64,000 bases of DNA from positions 208,030 to 272,029 of the forward strand of contig LBVU01000004.1 in NCBI GenBank assembly GCA_000993205.1. Direction: 5' to 3'. The translations under genes were made by a program, and so were the position numbers. Position 1 is the stretch's first letter; every line of letters starts with the position of its first letter. Origin of the DNA: Candidatus Woesebacteria bacterium GW2011_GWB1_39_10 (GTDB lineage Bacteria > Patescibacteriota > Microgenomatia > UBA8517). Under the pieces are notes generated by a model. The model was not told the origin of the DNA, ran no database searches, and worked only from the letters and a program-made list of their open reading frames with translations. This document shows, piece after piece, positions 1-10,559 of the stretch.

Positions 1-1040
1 TCAAACCAAGTACTGTAGATTCTAAATAACGAAATTGACATATATCTGTCCTGAAAAAGTAATGGAACAACAAACGCTATTGCTCCAAGAAAAAATATTA
101 GTCTGGAAAGATCGGGTTTTTTAATGCAAAGAATTACCAAAAATGGCACAATCCAAAGGAGCCACTGAACATGGAATAATGCGAAGGAAAAAATAATCAA
201 AAACATGGAAACCCAATAGTTAAACAGGTTGATCTTTTTGTCAAATAGGGCTACATAGAAGAACAGGAGTGAAAGAGCCAATGTTGCAAAGTCGGATGTA
301 AATATACCGGTGGTAAGCCCCGAAACCAACGCCGATTGAAAAAACGCGCTAGAGATGAAAGGCAAGATTATTATTCCGAAAGTAATTAACGGAGTAACGG
401 AAAGAATAGCCTTCTCTTTTAAATTCCTCCCTGCCAAAAACAAAAATGGTATAAAAAGTAGCGGATATAATTTAAAACCGGAAGCCAGACCCAAAAAAAT
501 CGCTGCAGAAAACAATTTTTGTTTTTTGATCATTAAAAACGACAAGACTGTTAGAATTACAGAAAAGATATCGATATTAGAAAAAACATAAATAATAATT
601 ATTGTAAAAGGGTTGAATAACCAAAAAACAAAAGCCTTCTTCTTCTCCTCTTTATCTTCAAAAAACTTCATCAAAAGAAATGCAATTAGAACATCTAAAA
701 CCAAATACGGGAGTTTTAGTGTCACCAAATACTTAAATATATTTGGGTTCTCAACCGCAGAATATGAACCCGCATCGGCAAGCCAGGAATCAAAACCTTT
801 ACCCAGAACTCCCGACGCCGCCCATTGATATCCACCTACCGTAAAATAAGTTAGTGGGAAATAAACAAAATCATCCTTTAACGTAAGTGATTTTTTGTTA
901 TCTACAAGATAGGTATAAATATTAAATACTCCAGTTTTTAAAAATGAGGCTTGAAAATTGATTGTCTTAATATCCGGGTGAAATAAAAATCCTGCTACCA
1001 AAAGTCTCAAAACAATTGCCAAAATTAGAAGTCTCTTCAT
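1..1040 (-). CDS. polytopic membrane protein, 3' end beyond window start (absent from ORF track because it runs off the edge); paralog of 2677..3921; putative GT-C-type glycosyltransferase
   Basis: Manual minus-strand translation from ATG 1040-1038 (ATGA overlap with TGA stop of the upstream gene) gives an open frame of more than 340 aa, rich in TM helices. The segment LKLPYLVLDVLIAFLLMKFF..WLFNPFTI..FLGLASGFKLYPLLFIPFLF aligns with LKLPYLPFDLGVAALLYKFF..WMFNPINL..FLGLGASFKIFPFLFLVPLAL of 2677..3921. Confidence 0.5.
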   Translation of the reverse strand, partial: MKRLLILAIVLRLLVAGFLFHPDIKTINFQASFLKTGVFNIYTYLVDNKKSLTLKDDFVYFPLTYFTVGGYQWAASGVLGKGFDSWLADAGSYSAVENPNIFKYLVTLKLPYLVLDVLIAFLLMKFFEDKEEKKKAFVFWLFNPFTIIIIYVFSNIDIFSVILTVLSFLMIKKQKLFSAAIFLGLASGFKLYPLLFIPFLFLAGRNLKEKAILSVTPLITFGIIILPFISSAFFQSALVSGLTTGIFTSDFATLALSLLFFYVALFDKKINLFNYWVSMFLIIFSFALFHVQWLLWIVPFLVILCIKKPDLSRLIFFLGAIAFVVPLLFQDRYMSISLFRIYSTWF

Positions 1041-2680
1041 TGTACTTTATATATATTAACAGTATCGTTCTCAAAAATCTTAATCATTGGATATTCTTCC
1101 TCGGCCATAGGCAGTTGATAGATCTTGGGCAAATAAATATAACGTATATTGTTATCTTTCAAAAACTTGCTTGACCACTTTAAGTCTTTTTCATCGAAAA
1201 ACCTGTCGGCATTTTTTATCCTTGATTCATAATCAGTATTAAGGATTATCTGTTGTTCAACATCTTCAATGTAGACACTTTTACCGGAATAGGCGGACAC
1301 ATACGAATTATCTGCGTAAACACTTAATGGATACGGATCTTTAAATTTGCCGCGCAGATCTCTATCAAACGGATGCTTTAAGACAATACCGTCTGTCTGA
1401 GTAGATAGATATTTTAAGGCGGTGTACTCTGAAACCGGCAAATAAGCCGGGGGTTGGGGGTATAGCCAGCTTCGAAACGTAGCAGCCGAGCTAATTGGAG
1501 TAATTAATAAAACTAAAACCACCAGAGAAATTGAAGATTTTTTAAGAGCATTTGCCGCATATAAACCAGAAAAAAACAAAAAATAATAAAAAAACTGAAT
1601 AACGTTCCAAGGATTCCCTTTTTGAACGAAAATGAGCGTCGGGATAATTGAAATTGCCATCAAAGAAAAAATAAAGATATGCAAATCTTCCTTAAAATAA
1701 TTTTTTCTTAATCCCCAAAAACCAACTATCCTAGTTCCCAGGTTTCCTACAAAAAATATCATTAGAGCAATTAGTTCAAAAATAGCATAATTGAGCCATC
1801 TTCCACCCCCAATATAGGCAAATCTTCGTGCAGTAAAATTTGGAATACCTACCCTATCCCCGGCATCGATCATTGTATCGACCAGCCAAAGTGGCTGAAA
1901 TGCGACAAGACCGGCGGCCTCCTTGCTAATTGATAGATATATGGTGATAAATATACCTGCTGAAAAAATAAACACAGGCAGAAGGCTGAAATTTTTGTCG
2001 AAAAATATTTTCTTTAACGTCAAAACAAATAAAGCGCTCAGACATATTGCGCCTGCATACGCTTTAAAACCGACAAGAACCCCGAACGCAATTGATAAAA
2101 TCAAACCTTTTAAAAAGTCCGGTTTTTTTAGATATAAATCTAAAAGAATTACTGAAAAAATTATTATGACCAACGATATTGCATAGGGGGGGTTAAGGTT
2201 CATTGAAACCGGCTGGTTAGCCCAAAATGCGGACTCGCCGCCGATTTGCTGACCTTTGATCAAATTCACAACCCAACCAAAACTGCTTGCAAAATAGGCA
2301 AAAAACACAGCCAAGAGAGCTACTTTCTTATCTTTAAAAAGTAAATTGACCAACTTGTATGTTCCTATTCCAAGTAAAATCGAAAAGACGACCGGAAAAA
2401 ATCTATAAACAAGAAAGTTTGTAGATATTCCCAGGTTGTGTATTAAAGAAACTAAAAGGTCATATAAATAGTGATAGTTATATAATAACTGACCTGCGAA
2501 TCCCGGGTTTTGCGGGGGAACACCTTTACTCAACTGTCCGACAAGGGCTTCGTGCCATACTCCATCCCGAGCAAGCGGGCCGAAGTATCCTACTCCGTAA
2601 TTATAAAGCCACCCGCTTCTAAACATAGAAACGCCTTGAAAAATTACACCCAAGATAGTTAAAACCGTTAAGATAATCAT
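1037..2680 (-). CDS. GT-C-like polytopic membrane protein (YfhO/PTPS-related type) with C-terminal soluble domain
   Basis: 547 aa with about 10 N-terminal TM helices. The N-terminal motif GPLARDGVWHEALVGQLSKG..NPGFAGQLLYNYHYLYDLL is analogous to the D-x-x-H..G..P..FNFYxPLxYY motif of paralogs 3918..8794. About 150 aa of soluble C-terminus follow. Confidence 0.45.
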   Translation of the reverse strand: MIILTVLTILGVIFQGVSMFRSGWLYNYGVGYFGPLARDGVWHEALVGQLSKGVPPQNPGFAGQLLYNYHYLYDLLVSLIHNLGISTNFLVYRFFPVVFSILLGIGTYKLVNLLFKDKKVALLAVFFAYFASSFGWVVNLIKGQQIGGESAFWANQPVSMNLNPPYAISLVIIIFSVILLDLYLKKPDFLKGLILSIAFGVLVGFKAYAGAICLSALFVLTLKKIFFDKNFSLLPVFIFSAGIFITIYLSISKEAAGLVAFQPLWLVDTMIDAGDRVGIPNFTARRFAYIGGGRWLNYAIFELIALMIFFVGNLGTRIVGFWGLRKNYFKEDLHIFIFSLMAISIIPTLIFVQKGNPWNVIQFFYYFLFFSGLYAANALKKSSISLVVLVLLITPISSAATFRSWLYPQPPAYLPVSEYTALKYLSTQTDGIVLKHPFDRDLRGKFKDPYPLSVYADNSYVSAYSGKSVYIEDVEQQIILNTDYESRIKNADRFFDEKDLKWSSKFLKDNNIRYIYLPKIYQLPMAEEEYPMIKIFENDTVNIYKVQ

Positions 2681-3921
2681 GTTTTATCAATCCTTTTGGG
2701 GAAATAATAATAAATAAAATAGAGAGCCACCGAAGCAAACACGGTTTGCAAGATACTTCTCGCAAAGTTTATATCTACATTAATTCCTAAATTTGTCCAA
2801 ATTCCCGGTTGTCCATATAAACCCGGGGATATTGGGGAGAAAAGCCAAACCGACAGACCCGGGTCAAAAAAAGTCACTTGTCCAAGCCAAACGACAAACA
2901 ACGTAATGGTTAGCGGCCAATGGGAAAAACGCGACTTAATTAAATCAATCACTAAAAACGGCGTTAACCACAAAAACCATTGGGGATGGGTATGGGTAAA
3001 TATGAAAAAGGTGAGAATTAATATAAAAAATCTATTCCAAAGATCATCAGTCTTTGCTTTATTAAACAGAAATACTATGTAGCAAAAAAGTATAAAAAGA
3101 GGGAAATAAATTATTGCCTCACCTCCCGAAATCGGAAGAGTGGCATACAGACTTTTGGTGGTTTGACCGGCAAGTAGCGCAGTAGCTCTAAATCCGTGTG
3201 AATTTATGAAAGGCAGGATGGTTACAAGATATGTTAGCGCTCCGATTCCAAGGATTTTAATTCTATCCAACCACTTACTCTTCATCAACGCGAGCGGTAC
3301 AAGAAATAAAAACGGGAATATCTTAAAAGAAGCACCCAATCCCAAAAAAAGAGCCGCAATAAAATACTTTTCCCTCTTGACGGCAAAATAAAGCGTAAGA
3401 ATTGCCAAAAAGGTCGGAATGACATCGAATTGTCCCATCATATATGTTGCGTATAAATTAATAGGATTAAACATCCATATAGTAAATGCTAAAAATTTAT
3501 TTTTGGGATCTTTAAAAAATTTGTAAAGTAGAGCCGCTACTCCCAGGTCAAAAGGCAAGTACGGAAGTTTTAGAACCAGTAGCAAAAAATTTAGTTGAAT
3601 ATTACCCAAAAGTGCTGGCAAATTGAATATGAAATCATGAAGTAAGCCTCTATCGAAAGGAAGCGATAATAAATAGCTTACAGGGCCCAAGAAAAAGTAA
3701 ACCAAGGGCGGATAATTAAAGAGATCGGTCGGATAGATTTTCAAAATCGGATCGGAAGATGGCAGGTTTCTTAAATAATCGTAAAAATTTAGAACATTTC
3801 CTTTGGCAATCACCTCGCCGGCGAAGTAGAACGGTTGGACATCCGAATGGTACGTTGAAAATGCCAGAAAAAACCTGATTAAAATTCCAATAACCAGAAC
3901 CGTGATGATTTTCTTAGTCAT
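2677..3921 (-). CDS. polytopic membrane protein, putative GT-C glycosyltransferase (DUF2029/GT87-like)
   Basis: 414 aa, about 11 TM helices. It is a paralog of the partial gene at 1..1040. Start and stop overlap the neighbouring genes (operon). Confidence 0.45.
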   Translation of the reverse strand: MTKKIITVLVIGILIRFFLAFSTYHSDVQPFYFAGEVIAKGNVLNFYDYLRNLPSSDPILKIYPTDLFNYPPLVYFFLGPVSYLLSLPFDRGLLHDFIFNLPALLGNIQLNFLLLVLKLPYLPFDLGVAALLYKFFKDPKNKFLAFTIWMFNPINLYATYMMGQFDVIPTFLAILTLYFAVKREKYFIAALFLGLGASFKIFPFLFLVPLALMKSKWLDRIKILGIGALTYLVTILPFINSHGFRATALLAGQTTKSLYATLPISGGEAIIYFPLFILFCYIVFLFNKAKTDDLWNRFFILILTFFIFTHTHPQWFLWLTPFLVIDLIKSRFSHWPLTITLFVVWLGQVTFFDPGLSVWLFSPISPGLYGQPGIWTNLGINVDINFARSILQTVFASVALYFIYYYFPKRIDKT

Positions 3922-5489
3922 TTATTCCTTCTAACTAGTATTGTAATGGCACCTAAGACGCTTAGCAAAGAAATTATATCCAATACCTTCCTGAATCTCG
4001 TTTCTTTAAATGCAATTTTCAGTTCGTGTTCCCCTGCCGGAACTTTAAATTCTAGTTGTCCATACGGTTCGCCGGCATAGACGTCAACTTTCTTGCCATC
4101 GACAGTTACAATCCAGCCGGGAAAATAATATTTACTGTAGTCAAAAATAGTTTCCTTTGCATAGTTTACTTTAAAGGTAGCTCCTAAGCCTTGATCGGGC
4201 GAAAGTTTATCCGGACGCATTTGAGTTTTTTGTGGTAAACGCAAATACTCCTCCTGAGTTTTAAGATATTCGGCTGAGGCGGACGGGAACGGAATATATC
4301 TATTTAGATAATATGCATCGGTTCTCCCTAAAAAGTCATGAGGTTTGTAATTTGTAAAGTTAAGCGCAACAGCCGTAAGAACAACTACAATGCCAATGGT
4401 CTTTGCAAGTTTAAATTTGTCGAATGATATTACAAGAACTGAAGTGGCAAACGTGGTCAAACTCAAAAACCTCCAAGGAAATTGAAAGTATGGTAAATAC
4501 GGAATGATTTTCCATAAAAATGTTGATCTAAAATTCATCAGGAATACAGAAACGGCTATGGTAAAAAGCGCCCAATATATAATCGGCTTTCCTTTCCTGA
4601 TAAGAACTACCGTCGCAACAACCAGTAAAACATTTATCGCTCCCATAAAAAAACTCATTCCGTCATGGGGCCCCGGGACTGACGCGCCGTATCCAAAATG
4701 GGGAGTGACTAATTGTTTAAGAGTGGGGAAATGATCGATAAAATTAAAATTTCCCGTACCATACTTCATCAATTTGCTCTCAATGAGCGCCGGGAGCCAA
4801 AAATACAAACTTACTAAAAGACCCAATATAAATCCGTAAATGGATCTGAGTATTCCTTTCCATTGCACCAATGCAAACAATGCCAGAAACGGAATAAACA
4901 TATAAGCCATAATGTCGTGCGATAAGATGAGCCCCGCAACACCCAATGAAAGGAGGCAAATCCATTTAATTGATTTCTCTTTACCGATCTTTGTGATCGA
5001 AAAAGCGATCAATGGAGGAAAAACAAACGCCAATATTTCCCCTATTGCCCCCCTGACATATATATCTGTAGCCCTATACGGGGTATAAACATACAATACG
5101 GCCCCTGCAAGCGCTAAGAATTCATTTGTATACTCTTTTATAAATTTATACATGAAGTACATCGAAAGAGGCACACTCATAAGGAATATTGCTTTAACGC
5201 TGTCGACAAGGGATAAACCTAACTTGTGGAATATTTCTCCGATGTAAAAAGGCAACGGAAAAACAAAATTAAAAAGAGGGTAGCCGAATCCAAAGGAAAG
5301 ATCCGGAACAAACCTGGGGGGAAATTGGCCGAGAGATAGCGACCTATTCATCTCGAATAACCATCCAATATGCAAGTCGTCACTAGCGCCAAAGTATCCC
5401 GGTACAAATAGTGCCCAAACAGCCGGAATTGACAATAACAGAATAATTAGAAATGGATATTTAACTAAAAATTTTTCTACCTTTTGCAT
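3918..5489 (-). CDS. membrane glycosyltransferase-like protein, paralog 1 of tandem triplet (PTPS-related/YfhO-like GT-C family)
   Basis: N-terminal motif PGYFGASDDLHIGWLFEMNRS..GFGYPLFNFVFPLPFYIG is shared with 5461..7113, 7094..8794 and the N-terminal half of 20532..23645. There are 10 or more TM helices, a C-terminal beta-rich periplasmic domain and a terminal TM anchor. Confidence 0.5.
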   Translation of the reverse strand: MQKVEKFLVKYPFLIILLLSIPAVWALFVPGYFGASDDLHIGWLFEMNRSLSLGQFPPRFVPDLSFGFGYPLFNFVFPLPFYIGEIFHKLGLSLVDSVKAIFLMSVPLSMYFMYKFIKEYTNEFLALAGAVLYVYTPYRATDIYVRGAIGEILAFVFPPLIAFSITKIGKEKSIKWICLLSLGVAGLILSHDIMAYMFIPFLALFALVQWKGILRSIYGFILGLLVSLYFWLPALIESKLMKYGTGNFNFIDHFPTLKQLVTPHFGYGASVPGPHDGMSFFMGAINVLLVVATVVLIRKGKPIIYWALFTIAVSVFLMNFRSTFLWKIIPYLPYFQFPWRFLSLTTFATSVLVISFDKFKLAKTIGIVVVLTAVALNFTNYKPHDFLGRTDAYYLNRYIPFPSASAEYLKTQEEYLRLPQKTQMRPDKLSPDQGLGATFKVNYAKETIFDYSKYYFPGWIVTVDGKKVDVYAGEPYGQLEFKVPAGEHELKIAFKETRFRKVLDIISLLSVLGAITILVRRNK

Positions 5490-7113
5490 ATATTAAAACC
5501 AATATAATAAAACTTAATACGGTAAGATTGTTTCCTAAAATTCTAATAGGTGTATTTTTAAACCTTCCCTCAATACTCGACATTCCTTCCGGTATAGTTA
5601 TACCAATTCTACCCAAAACGTTGTCGTTCGTGTGGACAGATTCTTTACCGTTTACAAACACCGTCCAGCCCGGGAAATCAAAAACAGGTATCTCAATTTT
5701 AGACTCGCTTTCGGCATTTGTTTTAAACGACCATCTATCTGATTTATTAATAAAATCAGATATTTTTACCTTTCCTGAAACAACATATGGCGCAACCGGA
5801 GCAAGCTCTCTGGGCTCAAGTGCGGTTTTGGGAAGATAGTCTAAAAGAGCCCCCTTTTGTTGATCAATAAAGTTTTGACCGGAAAGAAGCTCTTTATCGG
5901 TCAAGTTGAAATAAAAATGCTCGGGCTTAAAATATTGCCAGTTCAGCAATATTGCTAATAACGAAAATGTAATAGCAAAAAGATAACGAGTTTTACCACT
6001 AAATAAAGATATAAAATAACCACCAATTAAACTTGATGTAAAAATTACAACTGACAGAAACCTCCAGGGAAATTGAACAAATGCCAAAATATTTATCCGC
6101 TCCCAAACAAACGAGGATTTATTGTGAGTCATGTACACTCCAAAAGTAAAAAGTAAAAAGTAAAAAGTAAAAAGTGCGATATCTTTTCTTTTCCTACAAA
6201 AAATCACAGCAACAAGAGATAAAACCACAAGCCACCAATGGGGCCAACCAATTTGATAAGAAATTGTATTGGCAGATTGGGGTTGTGACCCAGCATAATT
6301 CCATGACCTGTCAATAAACAGTTGTGAGACCTTTACAAACTGCGCCCTAAAATCCAGCTCATTTCTGGTTAGTGCTTCAGTTTGCACCAAACTCTTTTCT
6401 AAAAATGCAGGCAGAATAAAAAAGGCCGAAATGCCAACGGCCAATCCCAAACTCAAAATTGCGATTTTAAACCCATTCCATTTATCTTTATGTAGCAAAA
6501 ATAAAACCCAAATGACTATTAGTGGTGTAAAAATTAATGTCATAATGTTGTGGGACACTAAAAGTAATGACATCGAAACAGTAGCGAGTGCAAAATATTT
6601 CTTTTCTTTAGTTTTAATCAGTCTTAAATACAAGTAATAAACAAGAGGGATAATTGCAAGGGCAAAACTTTCCCCCACCGCACCTCTTACATATGAATCT
6701 AGCGCCCTATACGGCGCAAATAGATAAAGTATTGCTGAAACAGTTCCGGGAATTTTTCCAAAAAGTTCCTTTCCCAGAAAATACATTCCCAGCCCGCCAA
6801 AAACCAATGGAAGAAAGAATAAAAGTTTTGCTGACCAAATATAACCTAAAAGAAAACTCGCAACCGCACCCAGATAGTAAGACAGAGGTCCATAGAAATT
6901 AAAAAGCGGATAACCATTTCCAAATCCCATATCAGGAACCCACCTACAGGGAATTTGAAAATCAGCAAAACACCTCCTCATCTCGAAAATCCTCATTGCC
7001 TGAAGATTGTCGTGGTGAGAAAAGTAGCCTGGCATGAGTATTGGCCAAACAACAAGGACCGAAAGTGTAAATATCAAAATTAAGGACCAATTATTATGAA
7101 AGAATTTTTTCAT
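5461..7113 (-). CDS. membrane glycosyltransferase-like protein, paralog 2 of tandem triplet; contains (AAAAAGT)n tract
   Basis: Motif PGYFSHHDNLQAMRIFEMRRCF..GFGNGYPLFNFYGPLSYYLG. The architecture is the same as paralog 1. Confidence 0.5.
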   Translation of the reverse strand: MKKFFHNNWSLILIFTLSVLVVWPILMPGYFSHHDNLQAMRIFEMRRCFADFQIPCRWVPDMGFGNGYPLFNFYGPLSYYLGAVASFLLGYIWSAKLLFFLPLVFGGLGMYFLGKELFGKIPGTVSAILYLFAPYRALDSYVRGAVGESFALAIIPLVYYLYLRLIKTKEKKYFALATVSMSLLLVSHNIMTLIFTPLIVIWVLFLLHKDKWNGFKIAILSLGLAVGISAFFILPAFLEKSLVQTEALTRNELDFRAQFVKVSQLFIDRSWNYAGSQPQSANTISYQIGWPHWWLVVLSLVAVIFCRKRKDIALFTFYFLLFTFGVYMTHNKSSFVWERINILAFVQFPWRFLSVVIFTSSLIGGYFISLFSGKTRYLFAITFSLLAILLNWQYFKPEHFYFNLTDKELLSGQNFIDQQKGALLDYLPKTALEPRELAPVAPYVVSGKVKISDFINKSDRWSFKTNAESESKIEIPVFDFPGWTVFVNGKESVHTNDNVLGRIGITIPEGMSSIEGRFKNTPIRILGNNLTVLSFIILVLIYAKGRKIFS

Positions 7114-8794
7114 GCTTTTTTAATCTTATTACCAAATAAATAATATATCCAAGACTTATTAGGGTTAAAGTATTACCTATTTTTCTAATCGGAGTATCTA
7201 AGAGTCTGATCTCAATAAAATGTTTCCCTGACGGAACTGAAAAAGTAATAAGGCCACGACAATATCTTTCTCCGCTACAATTATCATTAACATGAGGAAC
7301 TTTTCTTCCGTCAATTTTCACGACCATTCCGGGGAAATCAAAAAGTGGAACACGAATCAGAGAATCTTTTGACACCTCGACAGTTCCTGTTTGAAAATCA
7401 CTACCCTTTTTATATTCTATAAACTTCGCGTTTCCTATCAAAACCTCCGGAAATTCAGGAGCTTTGCTCCAGGGAGGCAAGACTCCGTAAACCGGTAAAT
7501 AATCGAAAATGCTAATCGTAAGTTGCTTTTCCCAAGATATGCCCGAAAACTTGTCGGTATCGGTGATATCTAACCAGCTTTTGGGGATATAAAAAGAAAT
7601 TGTGAGTGCAAAAGAAACAGTGACCAGAACTACACCCAAAAAATACTTAAAACGTCCTGCAAAATAAATGGCAAAACCAGACAACATACAGAGCAGAAAA
7701 ATACTTATCGCCAAAAATCTCCATGGGAACTGCAAATACCACAGAGGTGGAATAAGCGTCCAAATAAAACTGGATTTCATATGTATCATGAATATGCTTG
7801 CGAGTGTTAATAAAATTAGGGCGAAAGCAAACAATGAATTTTTTTTGTTTTTACGAAAATTGAAAAATGCTAAGACCGGCAGGACAATTAATCCCGTCAC
7901 CCACTGCACAATTCCAAGTGAGAGGTTTAGTTTTTCATTAGGGAAACCTGACGAGCCATACCCCCACTCCCTGGAAATAAACAGTTTGTATAAATTCACA
8001 AAATGTTGTCTGTAATCAAAATATCCTGAAAGAAGACTTTCCGTATGCACGAATTTTTTTTCAAAAATAACAGGAAGAACAAAAAAAGCTGAGAGACCAA
8101 ACCCTAAGACTCCTCCCCACACGACCTTAATCCAATTACCCCATTTTTCTCTTATCAGCCAATAAACTGCCCAGATGACTGCAATTGGAACAAAAACCAT
8201 CGTCATTAAAGTATGCGTAGTTGCAAGGGCTGCGGAGGAGAGAGCAAACCAGATTAAATATTTTGCCTTCCCGGTTTTAACCAGTTTATATATTGCCCAT
8301 AAAATTAGCGGAAAGAAAATTTGCGCCCAAAACTCACTCAGCGCCCCCCTTACATAAACCTCTACTGCTTTATATGGAATATAGGTATACAAAAGTGAAG
8401 CAATCAATCCAGCCCAGGTATCGAATAGTTCTGCTACAAGAATGAACATCGTTATGGCCGAAAGAATATAACCCAAAACAAAAAGTATTTTGACAGAATC
8501 TATATATTGAACACCGATTCTGTGTAGTCCTGCCCCTAAATAATAAGGCAGAGGCGGGTAAAAATTGAATTGGGGATATCCATACTGGTAACCTGCATCG
8601 GGTACCCAGCGACAAGGAATTTGAAGATCGGTATAACATTTATCCATTTCAAAGACTCTAAAGGCCTGCAAATCATCCTGCATAGGGAAAAAACCCGGTT
8701 GAAGTAGTTTGAAAAATGTTGGGGAAATAAGAAAAATTAAAAGGATTACTATTAATTTTTTTGAAATATTTTTTGCCATTTTTGTCCAGCCCAA
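7094..8794 (-). CDS. membrane glycosyltransferase-like protein, paralog 3 of tandem triplet
   Basis: Motif PGFFPMQDDLQAFRVFEMDKCY..GYQYGYPQFNFYPPLPYYLG. The architecture is the same as paralogs 1 and 2. Confidence 0.5.
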   Translation of the reverse strand: MGWTKMAKNISKKLIVILLIFLISPTFFKLLQPGFFPMQDDLQAFRVFEMDKCYTDLQIPCRWVPDAGYQYGYPQFNFYPPLPYYLGAGLHRIGVQYIDSVKILFVLGYILSAITMFILVAELFDTWAGLIASLLYTYIPYKAVEVYVRGALSEFWAQIFFPLILWAIYKLVKTGKAKYLIWFALSSAALATTHTLMTMVFVPIAVIWAVYWLIREKWGNWIKVVWGGVLGFGLSAFFVLPVIFEKKFVHTESLLSGYFDYRQHFVNLYKLFISREWGYGSSGFPNEKLNLSLGIVQWVTGLIVLPVLAFFNFRKNKKNSLFAFALILLTLASIFMIHMKSSFIWTLIPPLWYLQFPWRFLAISIFLLCMLSGFAIYFAGRFKYFLGVVLVTVSFALTISFYIPKSWLDITDTDKFSGISWEKQLTISIFDYLPVYGVLPPWSKAPEFPEVLIGNAKFIEYKKGSDFQTGTVEVSKDSLIRVPLFDFPGMVVKIDGRKVPHVNDNCSGERYCRGLITFSVPSGKHFIEIRLLDTPIRKIGNTLTLISLGYIIYLVIRLKKHEKILS

Positions 8795-9585
8795 AGGATT
8801 GCGTTTATAATGTAATGTTTAAAAAAACCATGATAAATTTTACTGGAAGGAATTAATTTCCTCCAACGATTGGCCTCATCACCCAATTTTTTGAAGGTCG
8901 CCCCATGATAGTGTGTAATAACTGAATCAGGTAAATAATATACTTTAAGCCCCTGCTTCCATGTTTGCCTGCAATAATCTATGTCTTCAAAATAAGCAAA
9001 ATAATGTTCGTCCAAAATTCCGACGCTCTTTTTGGCCGCAGGTGTTATTAAAAAGGCGGCCCCAACCACAGAATCAACTGTAACAGGAGTCTTTTCCCGC
9101 GGTGCAAATTTTTCAAATAATCCCTTTTGCCCCAACCAATATTCTTTTATGGCATTTGTTATTGTAGGAAAATTAAAACAGGACATTTGTAAACTGCCGT
9201 CAATGTTAAGAAGACATGATCCGACAACTCCGGCATCCGGAGTATTTTTTACAAATTTTAGTAAATTTTGGAGGGCATCTTTGTGAACCACCGTATCGTT
9301 ATTCAAAAGAAATATATATTTTCCTTTCGCGCGCCTTATTCCCTGGTTGTTCGCCTTTGCATAACCGGTATTTGCCTCATTCAAAATTAAAGTGAAACGT
9401 TTTTTCCAAAACTTTTCTTCTTTTATCTCTTTAAAGGCTTCAACAGAACCGTCGTTACTGCCATTGTCTGTCAAAAGTACCTCAAAAGAAATATTTTTTG
9501 CTTGTTTTTCGATAGACCTAATGCACCCCACCGTAAGATCTTTGGTATTTAGATTAACGATAATTATAGAAAGCTCAATATTCAT
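8752..9585 (-). CDS. glycosyltransferase family 2
   Basis: N-terminal LSIIIVNLNTKD..LLTDNGSNDGS matches the GT-A fold DxD region. Confidence 0.7.
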   Translation of the reverse strand: MNIELSIIIVNLNTKDLTVGCIRSIEKQAKNISFEVLLTDNGSNDGSVEAFKEIKEEKFWKKRFTLILNEANTGYAKANNQGIRRAKGKYIFLLNNDTVVHKDALQNLLKFVKNTPDAGVVGSCLLNIDGSLQMSCFNFPTITNAIKEYWLGQKGLFEKFAPREKTPVTVDSVVGAAFLITPAAKKSVGILDEHYFAYFEDIDYCRQTWKQGLKVYYLPDSVITHYHGATFKKLGDEANRWRKLIPSSKIYHGFFKHYIINAILWAGQKWQKIFQKN

Positions 9586-9586
9586 A

Positions 9587-10492
9587 TTAACCTGTAAATT
9601 TTGAGAAAATAGCCTCGTCGGAAACCTTGCTATCCTTGATTTCCTTCTTTCGTGCTTTAATCGCGATTCCCAGCCGTCCCAAAGCCATAAGAACTACTCT
9701 TATGTACCCGGGGTGCTTAATAAGCCGCATAAAAAGGCCGGCAATATGTTTCCTAATCAAATTTTGTGAATGTATATTTTTCCAAAGCATAAGAAGTTGA
9801 TTTCGTTCGCGGACTTTTTGAACATACGATTTGGAAAATGTACTGATCGTCGACTCATGATTGTGTACCACATGCCCATCGGGTTCCCAAAGATTTAAAT
9901 ATCCTCGCTTGGCTGCTCGATAGCAGATATCTATATCCTCCCAATAAAAGGGGGAAAGCAATTTCTCGTCCATTCCACCCAGTTCAACCCATATACTTCT
10001 CCTAAAAACTCCGCTTCCTCCACTTACATAAAAGCTTGAATGGGGATCGATACTTTCTTTCCCCATACTCAACTGTATAAAGCCTTCAGCAAAAGAGCCT
10101 CCCGCCCACCCATAGCCATTCTCATGAAGAGAAACTGCAAATGTTCTTTTGTCTTCAAAATGCTTAAAAATGGGTGCCAGAAAGTTTTCTTCAGGTAATA
10201 CGTCCGTATTGAGAAGTAATATCAGATCTCCTTTTGCGGCTCGAACACCGGTATTTACCCCTGCAGAAAAACCCCGATTTTTTACATGTTTAATTAGCTT
10301 GACAGACGAGAATTTATTTTTAATCAGAGAAACGCTTGCATCAATGGAACCATCGTCAACTATAATAATTTCCTTAATTTGATTTCTCGAATCATTTTTG
10401 GCATCCAATACTCTAGGAAGATTTTTTTCAATCAACTTTTCCCCATTATAGTTGGGTACAACAATAGAAACCGAAAAGTTTTTGCTGTTCAT
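9587..10492 (-). CDS. glycosyltransferase family 2
   Basis: VSIVVPNYNGEKLIEKNL..IIVDDGSIDAS, with a DXD-like LLNTDVLPEE. Confidence 0.7.
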   Translation of the reverse strand: MNSKNFSVSIVVPNYNGEKLIEKNLPRVLDAKNDSRNQIKEIIIVDDGSIDASVSLIKNKFSSVKLIKHVKNRGFSAGVNTGVRAAKGDLILLLNTDVLPEENFLAPIFKHFEDKRTFAVSLHENGYGWAGGSFAEGFIQLSMGKESIDPHSSFYVSGGSGVFRRSIWVELGGMDEKLLSPFYWEDIDICYRAAKRGYLNLWEPDGHVVHNHESTISTFSKSYVQKVRERNQLLMLWKNIHSQNLIRKHIAGLFMRLIKHPGYIRVVLMALGRLGIAIKARKKEIKDSKVSDEAIFSKFTG

Positions 10493-10559
10493 ATCAGAAT
10501 TTTAGACTACAGATGGTCCAAAAGCCAGATGCTACAAACTTTTCATCCTGAATAAGTTT

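Noticed and set aside
1037-1040. Alternative genetic code (UGA recoded, as in some CPR lineages)
   Set aside because: TGA terminates well-conserved genes in-frame (for example the 1037 stop overlapping the next ATG as ATGA, and the prfB stop), and conserved proteins align across their full length. The standard code fits.
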